From Octopus vulgaris (lineage: Eukaryota): DNA of 64,000 nucleotides. This document shows, one piece after another, positions 56,722 to 64,000 of the stretch. The translations under genes and the position numbers were made by a program. The notes under the pieces were generated by a model. That model did no database searches. It was not told the origin of the DNA and saw only the letters and a program-made list of their open reading frames with translations. The stretch lies in assembly GCA_951406725.2 (NCBI GenBank), contig OX597815.1:62868001-62932000 (forward strand), given 5' to 3'. Position 1 is the first letter of the stretch; every line of letters begins with the position of its first letter.

Positions 56722-57480
56722 CGAGGTAGTATCAAAAGGTTCCCAGACTAGTTATGTTAAAAACTTATTTACATAGGCTTTAACATCATCTCCTTCGAAA
56801 TAGTCAACTCGAGCAACAATATACCAGTCCCAGCGTTCTTGCCACTTCTGGAATCCTGCCTGGGAGTCGTTTTCTGTAAGCGAGTCCAGGACCTTTTGCG
56901 ATTCGTTCTGGATCTCGACAACGGTGTTAAGACGGCGACCTTTAAGCTGCATTTTCATCTTGGGGAAGAGATGGAAACCCGCAGGTCCTAAATCTGGTGA
57001 ATAGGGCAGATACGAAAGTGACACCATGTTGGTTTTGGCGAGAAACTCACGAGTGAGGACAGCACGGTGAAGAATCCAATTCTTTGCGCTGCACATTTCC
57101 GGTGTCTTTCGCCGAATGTCCTCCCTCAAACGCTTCTAAACGTCGCTGTAGAACTCTCGATTGATGGTTTGGCCCTGAGGGACGAATTCTTGATGCACAA
57201 TACCACATTTTCCGGGGTGACACTCATGGCTGGTCTTCCAGATCGCTCATCCTTTTCCAGGGAAGTTCTTCCGCCTCTGACGTGCCCATGCCACTTGAAA
57301 CATTGCGTAAAACCCATTGCCTCACCGCTGTAAGCTTGCCAAAGCTTGACCAATGTCTTTGTAACAGACTTCCGAAGTTAAAGGCAAAATTTCAATTTGG
57401 CTCTTTGTTCCTGTCCATGACAAAATCGCAGACTACAGCATACACGTGATCACAAAAGCACAAATATCTCAACTTGCGAA
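56722..57480 (-). mobile_element. Decayed mariner element
   Basis: TA+CGAGGTAGTATCAAAAGGTTCCC terminus. Remnants FKWHGHVRGGRTSLEKDERSGRP, IRRKTPE..KNWILH, PYSPDLGPAGFHLFPKMK, FQKWQERW...DYFEGD. Confidence 0.88.
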
Positions 57481-57562
57481 GTCGGGTGTGTGCGCGAGGC
57501 TGTGCGTTACTTGAGCATTAACTTTCCCTTCGACGCTCTCCCCTACGAGCGACGTCAATTCT

Positions 57563-57640
57563 CATAAACATATATAAACATATATATAAACATATATAAA
57601 CATATATAAACATATATAAACGCATAAACATATATAAACA
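57563..57640. repeat. (CATATATAAA)n 10-bp minisatellite
   Basis: About 7 tandem units visible. Confidence 0.85.
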
Positions 57641-57756
57641 ACTTTGTCTATATACACATCTTTATATAAAAAAAACTATATATATTTATATACGCTATGA
57701 TAGATCGTTAGCCATTACACACATTTTTTCTCTCCTTGTTTTTCTCGCCTGCGTCC

Positions 57757-57792
57757 CTTTCTGTAGAAAAGCATAGGCTCGAAACGTAAAAG
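57757..57792 (+). ncRNA. Degenerate minimal hammerhead-like motif in a small insert between TA tracts
   Basis: cttt-CTGTAGA-aaagc.atag.gctc-GAAAC-GTA-aaag; the core has an A-to-U change. Confidence 0.45.
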
Positions 57793-58151
57793 ACTTTTTC
57801 TATTCCTGAGCGTTATACTAATACATCTGTTTGTTTTGTACACCACCTGTATTCGTCTTTTGCTTTTTTCGTAAACTCTCCCTATATATATATGTATGTA
57901 TGTATGTATATATACACACAAATATTTACATACAATGTTTTTATATTCAAGAGCTTCCTATATATATATCTATATTCAGTATCTTCATAAACAATACGTT
58001 TATACATACATATGTGTATATTCTAATATTTTGCTTAGGCATTGCGATACTTATAACCTATTGTAGAATTCAATATACATAGGCTTCAAGTATAGAGTGG
58101 TAATACAAAAATGACATGAAAAAGGAATAAACGATTATCATGAACTTTATT

Positions 58152-58232
58152 AGCTTACAGCTGTTTCTCCTTTAAGATGCAATGAACTAATTGTTGAGTA
58201 CCTGAGTATCATCTCACAGCTTCATCAGAGCC
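58152..58232 (-). ncRNA. Type I hammerhead ribozyme motif
   Basis: ggct-CTGATGA-agctgtgagatg...catcttaaagga-GAAAC-agct-GTA-agct; palindromic ACAGCTGT stem III; the base of stem II is weak. Confidence 0.6.
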
Positions 58233-58273
58233 TCAAACATGTAGTGCAATTTAATTGGGAAAACAATTACATC

Positions 58274-58679
58274 TATTCTTTCTCAAATTCTTCATTAAAC
58301 TCCGACAGGTGATCGGAGTGCAAACATTGCTGTTGATCTTATAATATACATAGAACCTGATATCCACAGAGTAGACACGGCTAACAACACTGGAGAAATC
58401 CTTTAATACAACACATTAATAAACGCAGTGCCAGCAGTACCACCACCACCACCACCACCACCACCACCACCACCGCCGCCGCCGCCGCCATCACCATCAC
58501 CACCACTACCATCATCACCACACCGCCACCAACATCAACAACAACAACGACAACAGCAACACCATCGCTGCCTCCATCACCACCACCATCATCATCATCA
58601 CTACCTCCACCATCACCACAACCACCACTATCACCGCCATTGCCTTATAAATAGGGTATACACATCCAACAGCAACATT
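58274..58679. repeat. ~400-bp direct repeat, copy 2
   Basis: Near-identical to 55832-56209. Confidence 0.95.
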
Positions 58680-59083
58680 ATATATAAAAAAACATTATCA
58701 ATGAGAAAATTTACACGTATATGGGAATGAAATTTAGGAATTCCTCCCATAATTAGAATAAGAGTAATTGTGAAATGTGTGTAAAGATAGATATACAAAG
58801 ATGAATGTATATATGATATCTATGTAAACAATAAAAGAAGGATCACCTTGATTGGTTTCAATTCTGTGCTGGGTTTTCATCAACATCCGAAACAGCCTCT
58901 TTTATAATCAATTTCCTCGGTAACAGTTATCATAAAATCACTATTTCTAACGGCTTAAGTATAGTGGCTATATACAGGCATATATACGCACACACGTGTA
59001 TATATGTGTGAGGGAGAGAGACAGAGAGACAGAGAGACAGAGAGACAGTGAGAGTGTATGTCAATGTGTGCATGTGTGTATGT

Positions 59084-59182
<99 letters not shown>

Positions 59183-59388
59183 GATACATATATAGATAGA
59201 TATGTGCGTATATGTATATATGTATGTATGAATAAAAATAATAGGGAATGCAACATAGAATATAAGCATATTAGAAGGAAAAGGACTGAAGTCACACAAA
59301 TAATGGAAACGGAGATAGTGACGTATCTGCATCTATATTTATATATATATACGGTATATATACATACATACATATATATGTATATATG

Positions 59389-59486
<98 letters not shown>

Positions 59487-59506
59487 TATATGTACATATA
59501 TATACG

Positions 59507-59546
<40 letters not shown>

Positions 59547-59757
59547 ATGTATGTGTGTGTGTGTGTTTGTATGATGTGGGGCAGGGAGAGAGAGGGGAGC
59601 CGAAAAAGACTGCACGGAAAGCATACTGTGGAAGATAAAGGGAAAAGATTTGAGAAAGAATGATAATGGCGGTATGAAATTATATAGAAATATATTAAGT
59701 ATATACATACACATAGACCCGTACCCACCACATATTTACCAAGATTTATATACATAA

Positions 59758-59791
<34 letters not shown>

Positions 59792-59795
59792 TATG

Positions 59796-59826
<31 letters not shown>

Positions 59827-60266
59827 GTATTTATACATACAATCATACATGTATGTGCGAAAATATGTGGGGGTGGGGTGAATGTGTGAGTATGTGTGTC
59901 TTTGTATAAATTATAACTATTAAGTAGAGTGTTATGTGAACGACGGAATAAAGTTTGCCACATAGAGTAGGCGATGAACAAATATACGAAAAGAATAGAA
60001 AAGAACAAAATATGTTAAAAAATACAAAAAAAAGGCCAAAAAGAAAAAAAAGTGAGATAAACCATTTTTATCTCACGCGATATTTCACGTCTTCAGCCTC
60101 TATCTTGGTATATGGCAGTATTTAAAACCTACTAAATCATTGCTATAAAAAATAACACACCTATCATTTAAGCTACAAATATATAAATATATCAAGTGTG
60201 CATGTGTGTGTGGGTGTATATATATATATATATATATATATCAACATACGCACACACACACAGATA

Positions 60267-60342
<76 letters not shown>

Positions 60343-60492
60343 TTGCACAATATGGCGTATCTCTCTACCTATCTATCTATTTATCAATCTAGCAATGTAT
60401 GCATCTATCTATGTCTGTGTTCCTATATTGGTTAGACTGTCATTTTCTATCCGTTATCACTCTTTCTCGTTCTCTTTCACTATACACAAATC

Positions 60493-60523
<31 letters not shown>

Positions 60524-60818
60524 TGTATGTATGTATACATATATGTAAGTATGCATACATGTATATATATATATATTATTACACATGCGTATATTCACTC
60601 ACACGCACGCTCATATATATGTGCGTGTGTGTGTTATTTACCTATATAAATATTTATAAATGTATTTGCTTACATACGTACAATGAGATAAGAAAAATAG
60701 TTATCTTAGTATACATGCTTAAGAGTGTGATTATGCGTATCTATATATGTGCATGTGTATGCATCTATCTATCTGTGTATATATATGCACACATACATAC
60801 ATGCATACATATATATAT

Positions 60819-60864
<46 letters not shown>

Positions 60865-60979
60865 CTATTTTGGTATGAATATAATCATATGTATATGCAT
60901 CTATATATACATACATAAATATATATACATATGTATGTATATATGTACATACTTATACACGTTTATGTATTTATATTTA

Positions 60980-61033
<54 letters not shown>

Positions 61034-61494
61034 CGCACATATTACAAACGGAGTTATATGCATAACATACATACACACATACAAACGCACATACATAACA
61101 TATCTAGATATACATTCTCTTGTTATGGCAAGCAGACGTGAAGATAGAAAATAATAGATTTAGAAAAAAGTGACGATAAAAATAAAAACGCGAAAAACAA
61201 TATATGAACGTATTTAAAAAACACAGCAAAAAAGAGGAGGAATAAAAAAGAACGAAGGAAAGGAAACAAGGATGGCCTATAGAAAATATATTAATATAGA
61301 ACTGGTAAATGAATGTAAGAAATATATAATAGAAGAAAAAAACTGAAGTATATAGTTATAGTGCTAAAAATAATATATACAGAGAGAGAATTGTAGCTTT
61401 GTTCCGTTCACGGAGGTGTGTGTGTGTATGCGTGTGTATGTGATGTGTGTGTGTATGCGTGTTTATTTGAGAGAGGGAGAGAGAGAGGGAGAGG

Positions 61495-61525
<31 letters not shown>

Positions 61526-61591
61526 TGAGAGTGAGAGAGAGAGTGAGAGAGAAAGACAGAAAGAAAGAGGGGAGTGAGACAGTGAGACAGT

Positions 61592-61625
<34 letters not shown>

Positions 61626-61878
61626 ATCCGTCAGAGACATATATGCATGTATATACAGACGCACACATATCTATCTATATTTGGATAACAGTTATATATA
61701 TATATATGTATGTGTGTGTGCGTGTGTATGTGTGTATGGATATATATATATATATATGCACATATATACATATATACCTATATGCTTATATACACACATG
61801 TACAACCATACATCCATATACTTAAACATACGTTTATACATATATACATACGTAAATTATATATATATATGTGTGTGA

Positions 61879-61924
<46 letters not shown>

Positions 61925-62244
61925 GTATGTAAATTATATATAAACACACATTTTCGTGGTTGCTGAATTTGTATTGGTAGAGGTATTCGTTAGTTGCATT
62001 GTAGCGGTGGCGGTGGTGACAATGGCAGGATGATGATGATGATGAATAGAAGGAAGTGATGATCGATTATAGAGGTTGTAGAAGTACTGGGCACACCCAG
62101 CTCAGTTTTTGCCGCACCAACGGCATCCTTGTTTATTATTTTTATCTTTTCTTCTATTGTGCATAATGTATACAATATCACACACGCGCATTCATACATA
62201 CAAACACACTTACATACATAGTTACATACACCCACACTCGTTCA

Positions 62245-63200
62245 TCTGGCCGAACTTGTCCTCTCTCACAACTGCTTCTCGTTCGCGGGCGAGTTCTACC
62301 AACACTCTCGGGAGTGGCCATGGGAACGAGCATGGGCCCCAACTATGCGAACCTGTTTGTTGGCTATGTTGAGGCCCAAATATTCTCTAGTTTCACTGGT
62401 CCCACTCCCGAACTATACGGCCGTTATATTGACGACTGTATCGGTGCCACCTCACTCTCCCGCAAACATCTAGACTCCTTCCTCTCTTTCGTCAAATCTC
62501 TCCATCCTGCCCTTCACTTCTCCTGCACTATCTCTGACACCTGTCTCCTTTCTTGACATTTCGGTCAGCATTCATCACTCCACTCTTACCACCTCCATCC
62601 ATTAAAAACACACAGACTCACACTCATACCTAAACTTCTCCTCCTCCCACCCCAAACACACCAAGCTTTCCATCCCCTATTCCCAATTCCTCCGTATACG
62701 CAGGCTCTGTAGTGACGACCATGACTTTGAGACTCAGTCTCAACTCATGGCTTGCCACTTCATCCTACGTGGATATCCCCTCACCACTATCCACACCGCC
62801 TTTGCCAGAGCACGTTCCGTGGACCGTGCATCTGCTCTCTTCCCCCGAACCCACTCTGCAGTCTCCCGCCTCCCTTTTCCCCTCACCTATCACCCCACCA
62901 CCCTACCTCTCCGAGCTTTCCGGCATCTCCAGTCCGACCCGTCCACTTCGCCTATCTTCCCTAACCGACCTCTCCCCTCCTTCAAACGAGTCCACAACCT
63001 ACGAGACCTCTTAGTCCACAGCTTCTTCCCCAACACTACCTCCAAACCTGGCTCGTTCCCCTGCTCCCGCCCACGCTACCGCACTTGCCCTTACCTCTCC
63101 AACACCACCCTCCTCACCGGCACCCATCATCGACTCCTGCACCTCCAGCAATATCATCTATTGGCCATCCGGACTCCCGTTTGCGCCGTGAACAGGGATT
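62245..63200 (+). mobile_element. Penelope-like element (Neptune-type) RT/thumb/linker fragment, pseudogenised, followed by a pyrimidine-rich 3' region
   Basis: GVAMGTSMGPNYANLFVG...RYIDDCIG...FLDI...TDSHSYL.FSSSHPKH.K.SIPYSQFLRIRRLCS...RGYP...PLTYHP...FKR..NLRDLLVHS...PGSFPCSRPRYRTCPY; most of the GIY-YIG domain is deleted. Confidence 0.9.
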
Positions 63201-64000
63201 AATCTTCTCTCTTCGCTCTTTTACGCCATTTGGGCTCAACTTTCCTCCCCTTTTCATCTAACCTCCTCCCCGACTTCTACTTCTCTTCACTCCTATATCT
63301 TTTCACCCCTACTCTCTTTCCCTCTTCTCTCTTACTCTCTTCTCTCTTTCTCTCTGCTCCCTCACTCTCCTTCTTTACTCTTTCCCCTCCTTCCTCTTTC
63401 TTCCCATCCACCCCTCCCTCCTCCTTCTTCCCACCCAACTCACCTCTCTTGCCACAACTCCTACTTCCCTTCACTCCTACTTCTCTTCATCCCTACTCTC
63501 TTTCCCTCTTCTCTCTTACTCTCTTTCTCTCTTCTCTCCTCCTCTCTCTACTCACATACCCACCTTCCCCTCCCCCCATAAACCCACCACCCCTACTCCA
63601 CCTTCCCTATTCTTCCAATCCCTCATCCTATCCCACACCCCTCCCCCATAAACTCCACCTCTAGCCCCACCCTCTGCTTACCCACAACCCCCACTCCACC
63701 CCAACCCCCAGCCTAACCCACATCCACCCGTGCTTTCCCCACTCTGACCTCCCCCACCTCCCCACAACATCACACCACACCACACTACACCACACTACAC
63801 CATACAACATTACACACCACCCACACACCCATCCCCACATCTCCACACCTACACATACATACACACACACGTCCAGACCACCAGCCCTCTTTCACACGCA
63901 CATACATACTCTCTTATACACACCCGCACCTTTGTGTTGGGGGCTCCTCTGTGTTGGGGGTCATCTTTACCTTGTTACCTCCCCTACTTCCCTTCTCCTG

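Overview
AT-rich, extremely microsatellite-dense eukaryotic non-coding DNA. The repeat landscape suggests an octopod cephalopod (inference). No host protein-coding gene can be supported: almost all listed ORFs are translations of (TA)n, (CA)n, (TAGA)n, (TATG)n or trinucleotide repeats. The window is a collection of transposon remnants: R4/Dong-type RLE LINE fragments, an RTE fragment, a near-complete CR1-type ORF2 (APE+RT), an L1/Tx1 RT fragment, Penelope-like element (PLE) fragments, Tc1/mariner remnants and MITEs, a hAT MITE, a long-TIR element carrying telomere-like repeats, and many tRNA-derived SINEs. The main signal is a recurring architecture in at least six elements of unrelated sequence: head-to-head fold-back inserts, mostly in or beside microsatellites and often with a one-sided tail. 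Their arms carry type I hammerhead-ribozyme motifs (stem I-CUGANGA-stem II-GAAAC-short loop-GUH-stem I') that point outward. One of them fuses a tRNA-derived Pol III head to a minimal hammerhead. All motifs were identified by eye, coordinates are approximate, and no ribozyme activity has been tested.
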